Assembly: GCA_963769025.1 (NCBI GenBank)
Contig: CAVYKI010000003.1
Span: 1,248,001-1,312,000 of the forward strand
From: an uncultured Verrucomicrobiae bacterium
GTDB taxonomy: Bacteria > Verrucomicrobiota > Verrucomicrobiia > Chthoniobacterales > Chthoniobacteraceae
Reading direction: 5' to 3'
Length of the DNA: 64,000 nucleotides
Of the stretch, positions 20,854 to 32,823 are shown in pieces. The position numbers and the translations under genes were made by a program. The notes under the pieces were generated by a model. The model worked only from the letters and a program-made list of their open reading frames with translations, was not told the DNA's origin and ran no database searches. Position 1 is the stretch's first letter. Each line of letters starts with the position of its first letter.

Positions 20854-22228
20854 ATGACGCTCACGGAAAAATTGCTCGCCCGCGCCAGTGGCAAGGCCCG
20901 GGTCCAGCCCGGCGAAAATGCCTGGGTCAATGTGGACATCCTCATGACGCACGATGTGTGCGGGCCGGGGACGATCGGGGTGTTCAAGCGCGAGTTTGGC
21001 AAGGACGCGAAGGTGTGGGATCCGAAGCAAGGTCGTCATCGTCCCGGACCATTACATTTTCACGGCGGACTCGATGAGCAACCGCAACGTGGACATCCTG
21101 CGCGACTTCGTGCGCGAGCAGGGGCTGCCGTATTTTTACGACGTGATCGACGACCCGAACGGGCACTGGCATTTCGACGCCTCGAAGGGGCAGCTCAAGC
21201 AGCAGTACGGGAAGAATTTTGCGGGCGTCTGCCACACCACGCTGCCGTGGAAGGGCCACACGCGGCCCGGCGAGGTGCTCGTGGGGACGGATTCGCACAC
21301 GTGCATGGCGGGGGCGTTCAACCAGTTCGCGACGGGCATCGGCAACACGGACGGCGGGCTTCGTGCTCGGCACGGGGAAAATCCTGCTGAAGGTGCCGGA
21401 GACGATGCGCTTTTTCCTCGAGGGCCAGCTCGCGCCGGGCGTGATGGCGAAGGATGTGATCCTGCACGTCATCGGCGACATCGGATTCGACGGCGCGACG
21501 TACCGCGCGATGCAGTGGGAAGGCCCCGGCGCGCTGAATCTGACATGGACGACCGCATGACGATCACCAACATGGCGATCGAGGCGGGCGGCAAGAACGG
21601 CATCTTCCCTTACGACGAAAAGTGCGGCGCCTACGTGCGCGAGCGCGTCGCGGAGAACGGGACGAAGGCGGACTTTGAGCCCGTGGAGGTGGACCGCGAG
21701 CAGTCGTTCGTCTTCGACAAGACGTATGACCTCTCGAAGCTCGAGCCGACCGTCGCGTGCCATCCGGACCCCGGCCAGCGCAAGCTCGCGCGCGAGATGA
21801 CCGGCGTGAAGCTGGACCGCGCCTACATCGGCTCATGCACGGGCGGAAAGACGAGCGACTTCCTCGCATTTGCCCGCGTGGTGAAGGGCCACAGCGTGAA
21901 GATTCACACCTTCGGCGTGCCCGCGACCACGAAGGTCGTCGCCGAGCTGAAGGAAGCGCAGATGGACGGCAAGAGCGTGTGGAGCATCCTCGAAAATGCC
22001 GGCGTGCAGATGACGGAAAATGCGTCGTGCGCGGCGTGCCTCGGCGGGCCGCAGGACACATTTGGCCGCATGAATGAGAAGGCGCTCAAGTGCATCAGCG
22101 CGACGAACCGCAATTTCCCCGGCCGCATGGGCCACAAGGAATCGCAGGTCTTCCTCGCGTCGCCCTACACCGTCGCCGCCAGCGCGCTCACGGGTCACAT
22201 CACGGACCCGCGTGAAATGTTGGCGTGA
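20854..22228 (+). CDS. leuC: 3-isopropylmalate dehydratase large subunit (three frameshifts near 21028, 21355, 21540)
   Basis: MTLTEKLLA, PDHY, GTDSHTC, YIGSCTGG, SCAACLG, TNRNFPGRMG. Confidence 0.88.
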
Positions 22229-22246
22229 TGCGATAGGATAGGTGTT

Positions 22247-22804
22247 GTGAATTCGTTTTCGACACCGCCGGGACTTCGATTGGCACTCGCGGGCGCCTGC
22301 GCGGCGCTGCTGATGGGGTGCGAGAGCACCACGCCAGCGAAGGGCCACGCGTATTACGCCGTGAGCGCGAAGCAGGCGCAGGTGTACCGCTTTGGCCCGG
22401 CGCAGCCGACGGGCGCGGATGCGCTGCTCAGGCAGGGCCAGCGGGTCATCATGCTCCGGCAGGAATTCGGCTACAGCCGCGTGATGACCGATGACGGCCT
22501 GACGGGCTACGTCGCGAACGACCTCATCGCGCCTGCGCCGCCGCCGGAAAAGCCACGGACATCGCCCGGCATTCTCGCGTGGGGAAACCTGCCGCCGCTG
22601 CCGTCACGGGGAACCGCCATGCCCGGCGTGAGTTCGGCGAACCGCGCGATTTTGCAAGGCACGCCGCTCTTTGGCGGTGACGAACTGCCGCCTCTGCCGG
22701 ACGCGGGCGAGCGCCCGAATTTCCGCACGGGGAAGCCCAGGCCCGGGTTTCGGATCAACGTCCGTGGTCCATCTGCGCCGCCCGCGGAAAATCCCCCGCA
22801 GTGA
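22247..22804 (+). CDS. Putative SH3-domain lipoprotein
   Basis: Lipobox LMGC; SH3b-like segment ending GYSRVMTDDGLTGYV; Pro-rich tail. Confidence 0.7.
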   Translation: MNSFSTPPGLRLALAGACAALLMGCESTTPAKGHAYYAVSAKQAQVYRFGPAQPTGADALLRQGQRVIMLRQEFGYSRVMTDDGLTGYVANDLIAPAPPPEKPRTSPGILAWGNLPPLPSRGTAMPGVSSANRAILQGTPLFGGDELPPLPDAGERPNFRTGKPRPGFRINVRGPSAPPAENPPQ

Positions 22805-22903
22805 CGGATGCGATACGCGGGCGTTCCTGTCCGCATGTCGAGTTTGCGGCGGAACGAAAGGTCCGGCGCAGCATTCAGCGCCCGCTCCGGGCGGGAGCCG
22901 GGT

Positions 22904-23461
22904 TCAGTTTCCCGACGGCGCGGGAGCCGGTGCCTTGGGTGCCTCCGCTGGCTTCGCCGGCGTGGTGGGCGCGGCAGGCGTGCTTTCGGCGGGTTTCGCG
23001 TCGGGCGTCGCCGGCGGTGTGCCGGGTGCGGGCGCGGGAACTGGCGCGGGAACGGGCGGCGTGGTGGCGGATTCGGGAACGGCGGGCTTCTTCGCGGCCT
23101 CGACTGCGGCAGAGGCGGCCTTCGCGGCTTCCTCGGCGGCCTTCTGCTTGTCGCGTTCGGCCTGCTCCTGCTTCTGCTTGGTGAGGAATGCCTCGGTGAT
23201 GCCCTTCCGCTTGCTGTCATGCGTGCCGAGCACGGCGATGACCAGGCAGAGCACGAGGAAAATGGAACCCATCCAGCGGGTCAGGGTGGCGAGGACGTTC
23301 GTGGTCTGCGCGCCGAAGATGTTGCTCGTGGCATCGCCGCCGAACGCCGCACCGAGCCCTTCGTTCTTGGGCCGCTGCAGGAGGACCAGCAGGATGATGA
23401 GCAGGCAGACGATGACCGTCACTGCGGTGAGCAAATTGGTAATGATGCCGATCCAGTTCAT
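22904..23461 (-). CDS. secG: Preprotein translocase subunit SecG
   Basis: LVLLQRPKNEGLGAAFGG...FGAQTTNVLATLT; long Ala/Pro tail. Confidence 0.92.
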   Translation of the reverse strand: MNWIGIITNLLTAVTVIVCLLIILLVLLQRPKNEGLGAAFGGDATSNIFGAQTTNVLATLTRWMGSIFLVLCLVIAVLGTHDSKRKGITEAFLTKQKQEQAERDKQKAAEEAAKAASAAVEAAKKPAVPESATTPPVPAPVPAPAPGTPPATPDAKPAESTPAAPTTPAKPAEAPKAPAPAPSGN

Positions 23462-23570
23462 AAAAAAAGGGGCGGGAATATGGGGGCTCCTCCCGGGCTT
23501 GGCAACGTCAAAGCCCGATTTCCGGGAAGATAGTTTCCCTTTTGACGGAGGAGCCCCATAGTGCGGGGCT

Positions 23571-24863
23571 ATGCCATTTCGCGAACTCGGTCTCGGAGAG
23601 AAGATTTTCAAAGCCATCCAGGAGGCCGGTTACACCGAGCCGACGCCCATCCAGGCGGCGGCCATCCCGCTCGTGCTGGAAGGGCACGACCTCATCGGCA
23701 TCGCCCAGACGGGCACGGGGAAGACGGCGGCCTTCACGCTGCCCATCCTCGCAAAGATGTCCGGGATGCTGAATGACGGCCTCCCGCGCAAGACGCGGAC
23801 CCTCATCCTCGCGCCAACGCGGGAGCTGGTGGTGCAGATCGAGGAGAATGTGCGCGCCTACGCGAAGCACCTGAGTCTGCGGATGGCGACAATCTTTGGC
23901 GGCGTGGGAGAGCGTCCGCAGATCGATGCGCTGCGCTCCGGGGCGGACATCGTGGTGGCGTGCCCCGGTCGCCTGCTGGATCTCATGGACCGGCGGTTCG
24001 GCGATTTTTCCAGGCTGGAATTCCTCGTGCTCGACGAGGCGGACCGGATGCTGGACATGGGCTTCCTCCCGAGCATCCGCCGCGTGATCCGCGCGCTGCC
24101 GCAGAAGCGGCAGACGCTCATGTTCTCCGCGACGCTCTCGAGGGAGATCGAGTCGCTGACGCACGAGTTTCAGCACCACCCGAAGACGGTGCAGATCGGC
24201 CGGCGCTCGAATCCGGCGGAGACGGTGACGCAGTTTGTCTACGAGGTGCCGGGGCACCTGAAGCCCGTGCTGCTCACGCATCTCCTGCAGGATCCGAAGA
24301 TGGACAGCGTGCTGATTTTCTCCCGCACCAAGCACGGCGCGGACAAGATCGCGCGGCGGCTGGAGCAGGCGGGTGTGAAATGCGGCACGCTGCACTCGAA
24401 CCGCTCGCAAAACCAGCGGCTGAAGGCGCTCAATGAATTCAAGGCCGGCACGGTGCGCGTGCTCGTGGCGACGGACATCGCGGCGCGCGGCATCGACGTG
24501 GACGGCATTTCGCACGTGGTGAATTACGACTTCCCGATGCACGCGGAGGACTACGTGCATCGCATCGGCCGCACGGGCCGCGCGCACGCCGTGGGCGACG
24601 CGATCAGTTTTGTGTCGTCCGACGATTACGGGTCGCTGAAGTCGCTGGAGCGTTTCATCGGCCGCGGCATCGTGCGGAAAAAGGCCGAGGGCTTTGACTA
24701 CAACCAGCCTGCGCCGCCGAGGCTGCCGGAGGCTCCGCGCGGTCCCCGCGGCGGTGGGCAGAATCGGGGCGGACAAAACCGCGGGCAGCAGAACCGTGGC
24801 GGACAAAACCGCGGCGACCAGTCGCGCGGCCGCGGCGGACAGGTCGGCTACCGTTTCCGATAG
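23571..24863 (+). CDS. DEAD-box RNA helicase (RhlE-like)
   Basis: AQTGTGKT, PTREL, DEAD, SAT, HRIGRTGR. Confidence 0.96.
   Translation: MPFRELGLGEKIFKAIQEAGYTEPTPIQAAAIPLVLEGHDLIGIAQTGTGKTAAFTLPILAKMSGMLNDGLPRKTRTLILAPTRELVVQIEENVRAYAKHLSLRMATIFGGVGERPQIDALRSGADIVVACPGRLLDLMDRRFGDFSRLEFLVLDEADRMLDMGFLPSIRRVIRALPQKRQTLMFSATLSREIESLTHEFQHHPKTVQIGRRSNPAETVTQFVYEVPGHLKPVLLTHLLQDPKMDSVLIFSRTKHGADKIARRLEQAGVKCGTLHSNRSQNQRLKALNEFKAGTVRVLVATDIAARGIDVDGISHVVNYDFPMHAEDYVHRIGRTGRAHAVGDAISFVSSDDYGSLKSLERFIGRGIVRKKAEGFDYNQPAPPRLPEAPRGPRGGGQNRGGQNRGQQNRGGQNRGDQSRGRGGQVGYRFR
24753..24827 (+). repeat. Five 15-bp coding repeats (GGQNR-like)
   Basis: GGQNR GGQNR GQQNR GGQNR GDQSR in the helicase tail. Confidence 0.85.
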
Positions 24864-24941
24864 GCCGGCCTTCGCATCGGCGCGGCGGGATGACGGAGAG
24901 ATCATTTGCAACTGGCGCCCGGTCCGCTTGTCTCACGGCGG

Positions 24942-26045
24942 ATGAAGCGCCTGACGGTCAGTGTTGTTCTCTTGCTGAGCGTGGCCGGACTGCACGCCGA
25001 CCCGGAAAATGTGAGCGAGTTGCTGGAGAAAATCCGTGACGAGCACCATGTGCCCGGGCTCGCGGGTGCGGTCATGGACGAGGGGAAACTTGTCGCGCTT
25101 GGCGTGTGCGGGAAGCGCAACGCGCAGCGCGCGGCACCGGCGACACTCGACGACATCTGGCACCTCGGTTCCTGCACGAAGAGCATGACGGCGAGCATCG
25201 CGGCGATGCTGGTCGAGGATGGCCTGATCTGCTGGAACACGACGCTCGGTGAGATTTTCCCCGACGAGAACGAGGAGATGGCCCACGCGTGGCGGGACGT
25301 GACGCTGGAGCAACTGCTCGTGCACCGCGGCGGCGCACCGCACGCGGCGCCGAAGGACCTGTACGCCGAGGCGATGAAGCAGGAGGGCGAGCCGAGGCAG
25401 CAGCGCTGGGAATACGTCACCGGCCTGCTCCACCATCCGCCCGCGAAGCCGCCGGGGACCCAGTGGATTTACAGCGACAGCGGCTACGCGCTCGCCGGGG
25501 CGATGCTGGAGCGCGCGAGCGGCCGGGCATGGGAGGAGCTGATGCGCTCGCGGCTGTTCGGGCCGCTCGGGTTGAAAAGCGCAGGCTTCGGCCCGCCTGC
25601 GACGCGGGGGAAACTCGATCAGCCTTGGGGGCACCTCGGCTACGAGCCGCCCTTCAAGCCCGTCCCTCCGGGGCCGGATGCGGACTATCCGCCGGCGCTG
25701 GGACCGGCGGCCACCGTCCACATGAGCATCTCGGATTTTGCGCGCTACGCGCAGTGGCACGTCGCGGGCGCGCGCGGCGACGGCACGCTGCTGAAGCCGG
25801 CGTCCTTTCGCAAACTCCACACCCCTCCGCCGGAGCAGGAATACGCGATGGGCTGGGCGGTCACGAAGCGCCGCTGGGCCGGCGGCACGGCGCTCATGCA
25901 CAATGGCGACAACACGATGTTTTACGCGGTGATGTGGCTCGGCCCGCGGGAGAACACGTGCTTCGTCGCGGCGTGCAACGCGGACTGCCAGGATGCCTCG
26001 GAGGCATGCGACGAGGCGATCCAGATGCTGATCAATAGGTTCTGA
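24942..26045 (+). CDS. Serine hydrolase, beta-lactamase family
   Basis: Signal peptide; SCTK (SxxK), YSD, HNG motifs. Confidence 0.92.
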   Translation: MKRLTVSVVLLLSVAGLHADPENVSELLEKIRDEHHVPGLAGAVMDEGKLVALGVCGKRNAQRAAPATLDDIWHLGSCTKSMTASIAAMLVEDGLICWNTTLGEIFPDENEEMAHAWRDVTLEQLLVHRGGAPHAAPKDLYAEAMKQEGEPRQQRWEYVTGLLHHPPAKPPGTQWIYSDSGYALAGAMLERASGRAWEELMRSRLFGPLGLKSAGFGPPATRGKLDQPWGHLGYEPPFKPVPPGPDADYPPALGPAATVHMSISDFARYAQWHVAGARGDGTLLKPASFRKLHTPPPEQEYAMGWAVTKRRWAGGTALMHNGDNTMFYAVMWLGPRENTCFVAACNADCQDASEACDEAIQMLINRF

Positions 26046-26095
26046 GCGGGCTTCCCCCCGAGGCCGCTTCCCGCTAAGCGTGGCGCGATCCACCG

Positions 26096-27482
26096 ATGGG
26101 ACTCACCACCCAGACTTACGACATCCTCACGCGGCTCGCCGTCGGCAACGGCGCGCTGGTGTATCGCGCCGTGGACAAGGTCTCGCACCGGCAGGTCGCG
26201 CTGAAGCTTCTCGTGCAGGAGGGCGACCTGGATCACCGCTTCCACGTCGCGGAACTTCTGGCGGATTCGAAGAAGCTGCAGCAAATCACCGGCGCCCACG
26301 TCTGCCAGCTCCTCGACGCCTACACGGACGACGACGGTCCGGTGCTCGTTTACGAATTCGCGAGCGGCCTCAGCGGCGGCGAGTTCCCCTTGCAGCGCAA
26401 GCTGGACGCGGCGCAGGCGGTCGATGTCGCGGCGCAACTGATCAGCGCACTGCGCTCCGGCGAGCGGCAGAAGACCCCGCACGGCGACGTGAAGCCGTCG
26501 AACATCGTCTTCGTGGATCTCCCGGACAAACGGCCTTTCACGATCGTCCTCGACTGGGGCCTCACCGCGTATCGCACCGCGATGGCGGATGACTCGCTGG
26601 CATTCCTCGCCCCGGAACGGCTTGCCGGCGCCACGGCGTCGCATCGCGCGGATCTTTTCTCGGCCGGCGCGGCTGCTCGTCTTTCTCTACACGGGGAAAA
26701 TGCTCGTCACCGGCACGAACCGCGAGGAGCTGCAGGCCGCATGGAAAAAGGCGCGCCCGGCGGTGCTCGCGGAACTGCGGCCCGACCTGCCGGCGAAGCT
26801 CGTGCAATGGGTCTGCAGCCTGCTCGAGTTGGCCCCGGAAAAGCGTCCCGAGTCCGCAGTCGAAGCGCTCGCGACCCTCGCGGCGTTGAATCCGCCGCCG
26901 CCGCCGGTTCCGCCCGAGACATTCCGCCCGCGTCCCACGCCGCCTGCATCGGGACTCCCGAAGCCGCCGCCGCTGAAGCTCGCGAAGCCCGCATCCGGAA
27001 TCCGGCAGCCCGCGTCCGCCGCCCGCCGCCGCGCCCGCACCGGCGACTTCGGGCTGCAGCGCCAGCCGCCGGCCGGCGAAGCGGCGGCATCCGGCGGCGA
27101 CGCCAGCGGCGCCGCCGAAGCCTCCCGCGGCTCCGCCAAAATTGTCCCACGTCGCGATGACGGTCGGGCTGTTCCTTTTCCTCGTGACGCTGATCGTCGG
27201 TGCCATCTGGTTCCTCTTTTCCGGCCGAAGCCGGAAGAGATGAAGTATCCCGGCGAGGAACACGCCGCCAAATCGCGGACCGGTCGCGCCAGCACGGACT
27301 CCGGCGCCTTCCGTCGGGTCCGACATCGGGAAGAAATACACGCCGCCCACCGGCGGCGACGCCGCAAAGAAGCCGACGCAACCGCCCGCCAAAGCCGGCC
27401 GAAGACTTCCAAGCCCGACCCAAAAGCCACGCCGAAGCCCAAGGCCACGCCAAAACCCAAGCCAAAGCCCGCCCCGCGCTAA
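26096..27482 (+). CDS. Membrane Ser/Thr protein kinase-like protein (several frameshifts)
   Basis: VALK, HGDVKPSN, DWG, APE, ADLFS; then Pro-rich linker, hydrophobic segment near 27160-27220 and KP-rich tail. Confidence 0.75.
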
Positions 27483-28191
27483 GCCGGCGCCGCTGAGCCG
27501 CAGCCGAAATAATCCGCCACTCCGAGGGCGCGAGACCCTCGACCGTGAACTCCCCGAACCGGCTGCGATGCAGCCGCACCACCGGGCAGCCGAGGCTGGC
27601 AAACATCCGCTTCACCTGATGGTAGCGGCCCTCGATGATCTCCAGCCGCGCCTCGCGCGGGCCGAGCACTTCGACGCGCGCCGGCAGGCATGGCTTGTCC
27701 TCGCCCTCGAGCATCAGTTCTCCGCTCGCGAAAATCTCCGCGATGTCCGCCGGCAGATCGGCGGCGACGTTCACCTCGTAGATTTTCGCGACCTTGTGCT
27801 TCGGCGATGTCCACCGGTGCACGAGCTCGCCGTCGTCCGTCACGAGCAGTACGCCGGTCACGTCCTTGTCGAGCCGGCCGATGGTGGTCACCGCAGGGTT
27901 GCGCGCGAGCCAGCGCGGAGGGAGCAGATCGTAAATCGTCGCGCCTTCCTCGGCGGAGTCGTGCGAGCAGACGTAGCCCGCGGGCTTGTGCAGCAGCGCG
28001 AGGATGCCGTGCGGGTGCTCCACCGGTTCGCCATCCACCAGCACGTTGCCCGGCGCGGCCTTGTCCGACGGCGATTTCGCGACTGCCGCGCCCACGCGGA
28101 TGCGGCCCGCCTTTATCCACGCGCGCGCCTCGCTCCGGCTGCAGTAGCCGAAGCGCGAGAGCAGCGCATCGAGACGGAGCAGCCCGCTCAC
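27479..28191 (-). CDS. rsuA: rRNA pseudouridine synthase (RsuA family); 3' end uncertain
   Basis: S4 domain RLDALL, HKPAGYVC, GRLDKD, EGRYHQVKRMF; no in-frame stop where expected, probable terminal frameshift. Confidence 0.88.
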
Positions 28192-28847
28192 ACGCGTTCC
28201 TTGAACGGCTCGAAGCCCAGCTCGAAGAAGTTCACCGAGTTCTCCATCACGTGGACGAGCGAGCCGATGAATGTCTCCCACTCCTGGTCGTTCACGAACT
28301 GCGTGTCCCACGCGACGAAGACGCAGTTCGGCGCTGCATTCGATACCTCGATGAGCACGCGGACGTCCTTTTCCCAATCGGGAATCTTCACGTAGCCGAG
28401 CGCACACGGCTTGTGGACGAGCGCATTGTGCGAAAACTGATCCAGCCAGTTGTCGCGCTCCTCCTCCGTGTCGAAGTTCGCATGCACGTGCGTCGAGAGA
28501 TGCGACACGGTCTTCTTGTCGAACTTCATCAGCGTGTAGAAACGCGTGAGCGTCTGCTGGATGATCGTCCAGTCGCCGGCCGTGCGCGCGTTGCGAACGC
28601 CGAGCTTCACGCGGTCGGCGGTGCGGTTGAGCGTTCCGTTGTCGCCGAAGAAAACCGCCTTCAGCTCGTAGTCGAAAAGGTCGTCCACTTTCCGCAGGTG
28701 GATCTGGTCCGGCCGGAGCGAGAGGCCCGTCTGCGGGTCGCAGATCTTCGCGGCAAATTCGTCCAGCTTCGCGCTCTGGTAGCCGAGCGGCGCAGGGAAC
28801 GGCACATCAACGGCGACGCCAAAAATTTCAATCGGGAGTACTTCCAT
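28188..28847 (-). CDS. Hypothetical protein
   Basis: 219 aa with globular composition and host-like codons; GTGA overlap with rsuA. Confidence 0.8.
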   Translation of the reverse strand: MEVLPIEIFGVAVDVPFPAPLGYQSAKLDEFAAKICDPQTGLSLRPDQIHLRKVDDLFDYELKAVFFGDNGTLNRTADRVKLGVRNARTAGDWTIIQQTLTRFYTLMKFDKKTVSHLSTHVHANFDTEEERDNWLDQFSHNALVHKPCALGYVKIPDWEKDVRVLIEVSNAAPNCVFVAWDTQFVNDQEWETFIGSLVHVMENSVNFFELGFEPFKERV

Positions 28848-29026
28848 GGAGCGCGGAGCGTAGCGGGATCGGCGCGGATGCAAAACACGGAATTTTCCGC
28901 CCGCCCGAATCCGTCATCCACTCCGCGGATGCATTCGCCACGGCGTGGTGGACACGGCGCGCGAATCCCGATGCGTGGCACGTGTGTCCTTGCCATGTGG
29001 CGTGCGGGCGATTTTAACGCTCGGTG

Positions 29027-30749
29027 ATGGCAACCATCCGACCGCGACGTGCTGGCATTCTCATTCCGACCTTTGCGGTGCGGACCGAGGACGATCTCGG
29101 CATCGGCGACATCGGCGGCGTGCGCGAAATGGTGGACTGGGCGGCGGAGACGGGTCTCGGCTTTTTGCAGTTCCTGCCGATCAATGCGACGGGAAGCGAC
29201 AGCAGTCCGTACAATGCGATCAGCTCCGTCGCGCTCGACTACCTGACGCTCGAGCTGAACCCGCGAACGGTGCCGGAACTGGATGCGGAATTTTTCAACG
29301 AAACGACGGCCCGGCTCGGTGTGGCGCAGCTCCGGGCGGGTCCCGTGCAGTACGTGCGCGTGCGGGAGCTGAAATGCGACCTGCTGCGCCATGCGTTCGG
29401 GAGGCTCGGCGCGAAGTCGGAACGCGCGCGGGAATTTGCGGCGTTCCGCGAGGCGGAGGGCGCATGGCTGGAGGATTTCAGCCTGTTCCGCGTGCTGATG
29501 GAGGAGAATGGCCACGAGGACTGGACGAGCTGGCCGGATGCGCTGAACACGGCGGCGAAGGCGCGCGAGTGGCTCGCGGCAGAGCGTCGCAAGGACAAGC
29601 GCGAAAGATGGACGCGCGGCTGCGGCTTTCACGCGTATGTGCAGTGGCTCTGCTTCAGCCAGTGGCGCGCGGTGCGGGCGCACGCGACTTCGCGCGGCGT
29701 GAAGCTGATGGGCGACGTGCCGTTCGGCATCTCGTGGTGCAGCGCGGATGTGTTTTTCCAGCCGGAGCAGTTCGACCTCGAATGGTGCGGCGGCGCTCCG
29801 CCGGAGACGTATTTCAAGGACGATGTCTTCGTGCAGCGCTGGGGGCAGAACTGGGGAATCCCGCTCTACCGCTGGGACGTGATGGAGGCGGACGGCTTCG
29901 CGTGGTGGCGTCGGCGGGTGGGGAAGCTCACCGAGGTGTTCGACATTTTCCGGATCGACCACGTGCTCGGCTTTTACCGCATCTACAGCTTCCCGTGGCG
30001 GCCGAAGCGCAACGCGGAATTCCTCAATCTCTCCGAGGAGGAGGCGCGCGCGCTCACGGGCGGAAGGCTGCCGCATTTCCAGAAACATGCCGACGACACG
30101 CCCGAGCATTGCGCTGCAAATCTGCGCCGCGGGCGACCGGTATCTGCGCATGATCGTGGAGGCCGCCACGCCGTACGAAGTCGTGGCGGAGGATCTCGGC
30201 CTCGTACCGGACTATGTGCGCCCACACCTGCTGAGCCTCGATGTGCCGGGCTTCAAAATCTGCCATTGGGAGTCCGACAAGCGGGGGAACGTGATCCTCG
30301 GCGCGAGCTTCGACAACTGCTCCTTCACGACCTACGCGACGCACGATCACGAGCCGATGAAGACGCACTGGGAGCACCGCCGGCGGGAGGCCAACGATCG
30401 CGATGCGCCCGACCACTGGCTCGGGCACAAGGAACTGCGGCTGCTCGCGTGCTTTTCGGGACTGCCGGTGCACGAGGGCCACTGGCCGCCGTATGACGAC
30501 ATGATCCGCCACGCGCTGCTCGAGGCCCTGCTCGCGAGCAATGCACGCTACGCGGCATTCATGCTGCCGGACCTCTTTGCGCTGGAGGAGCGTTTCAATG
30601 TCCCGGGCATCGAGAGCGGCCTGAACTGGGCGGCGCGGATGCCGATGACCGTCCGGGAAATGCGCGGGCAGAGCCCGTGGAAGGAAGAGTGCGAGTGGCT
30701 CGCGACGGCGATCCGGCGCACGGGACGCAAGGACTGGGCGGGCCGCTGA
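29027..30749 (+). CDS. malQ: 4-alpha-glucanotransferase GH77 (frameshift near 30125)
   Basis: LGIGD, SPY, GDVPFG, GQNWGIPLY, RIDHVLGF, AEDLG, THD. Confidence 0.93.
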
Positions 30750-30790
30750 CCGCTGGACTCCGCGGCGAGGTGCGGCTTACTTTTGGGCAA

Positions 30791-31861
<1,071 letters not shown>

Positions 31862-31866
31862 GATGG

Positions 31867-31972
31867 ATCCGCAGAGCGCAGATTTTCGCAGAAAGAATCG
31901 GGAGCTGCAAAGCAGTGAAGGGTGTGAAGACGGGCGACTGACTTCAAAATCACCCCGCGCAAATCTGCGGAT
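31867..31972. repeat. Miniature inverted-repeat element (CGCAGA family)
   Basis: ATCCGCAGA...TCTGCGGAT terminal inverted repeat; CGCAGA three times in the left arm. Confidence 0.5.
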
Positions 31973-31989
31973 GTCTCTGATGCCGCGGC

Positions 31990-32820
31990 TCACATCGTCT
32001 CCGTCAGCGCCAGCCACGTGTGCGGGCCGAATTGCGCGCGGGCTTTTTCCGAGAGCGCGGGTCCGCCGGACTTTTCGCGGAGCAGCGCAAAGACGGTGCT
32101 GCCGCTGCCGGACATGAGCGCGCCGGCGGTCTCCGGTTGTTCGAGCAGCCAGCGTTTCATCTCGGCGAGCTGGGCGAATTTTTCGAACACCGGCCGTTCG
32201 AGATCATTCACGAGCGTGACGCCCGTCGATGCGTCTGCGGCGCGTAGGGCACGCCGGGGATTTCGAGCGAATCGCGCCAGCGCTGGTAGGCCCACGGCGT
32301 GGGCACGCCGAAGGACGGCTTGATGAGCAGCAGCGGAAGCGGGCGGGGGAGCGCGGCGGGCTCGACGATTTCCCCGCGGCCGCGGCACCACGCGGCGCCG
32401 CGTGCGAGGAAGAACGGGACGTCGCTGCCGATCCCCGCGGCGATGCGCGTGAGTTCCGCGTGCGGGAGTTGCGTTTCGAAAATCGCGTCCAGCGCGAGGA
32501 GCGTGGCCGCCGCGTCCGAGCTGCCGCCGCCGAGGCCTGCGCCGTGCGGGATTTCCTTTTTCAAAAAAATGCGCACGTCGGGCCGGGTGCCCGCGGCGCT
32601 GCAGAACGCATGCACCGCGCGGACGACGAGGTTCGTGCCGTCCACCGGCAGCGTCGTGTCGCTGCACGCGAAGTCGAGCCCTGCCGGCGCGGCGCTCGAT
32701 TTCGAGCGTGTCGCAAATCGTGACCGGCGCCATGAGCGTCTCGATTTCGTGGAAGCCGTCCTCGCGTTTCCGCAGCACGCGGAGCGAGAGGTTGATCTTC
32801 GCCGGGGCGGAAAATTGCAT
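31990..32820 (-). CDS. ispE: 4-diphosphocytidyl-2-C-methyl-D-erythritol kinase (frameshifts near 32690 and 32232)
   Basis: APAKINL, IPHGAGLGGGSSDAA, GSDVPFF, NDLE, MSGSGS. Confidence 0.93.
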   Translation of the reverse strand: MQFSAPAKINLSLRVLRKREDGFHEIETLMAPVTICDTLEIERRAGRARLRVQRHDAAGGRHEPRRPRGACVLQRRGHPARRAHFFEKGNPARRRPRRRQLGRGGHAPRAGRDFRNATPARGTHAHRRGDRQRRPVLPRTRRRVVPRPRGNRRARRAPPPASAAAHQAVLRRAHAVGLPALARFARNPRRALRAADASTGVTLVNDLERPVFEKFAQLAEMKRWLLEQPETAGALMSGSGSTVFALLREKSGGPALSEKARAQFGPHTWLALTETM

Positions 32821-32823
32821 GGC

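Noticed and set aside
20854..22228. Programmed frameshifting or phase variation in leuC and other genes
   Set aside because: No slippery heptamers or long homopolymers at the breaks; the pattern fits sequencing error
26707..27480. Long C-terminal extension of RsuA
   Set aside because: Antisense to the kinase and low complexity; probably a missed stop from a frameshift
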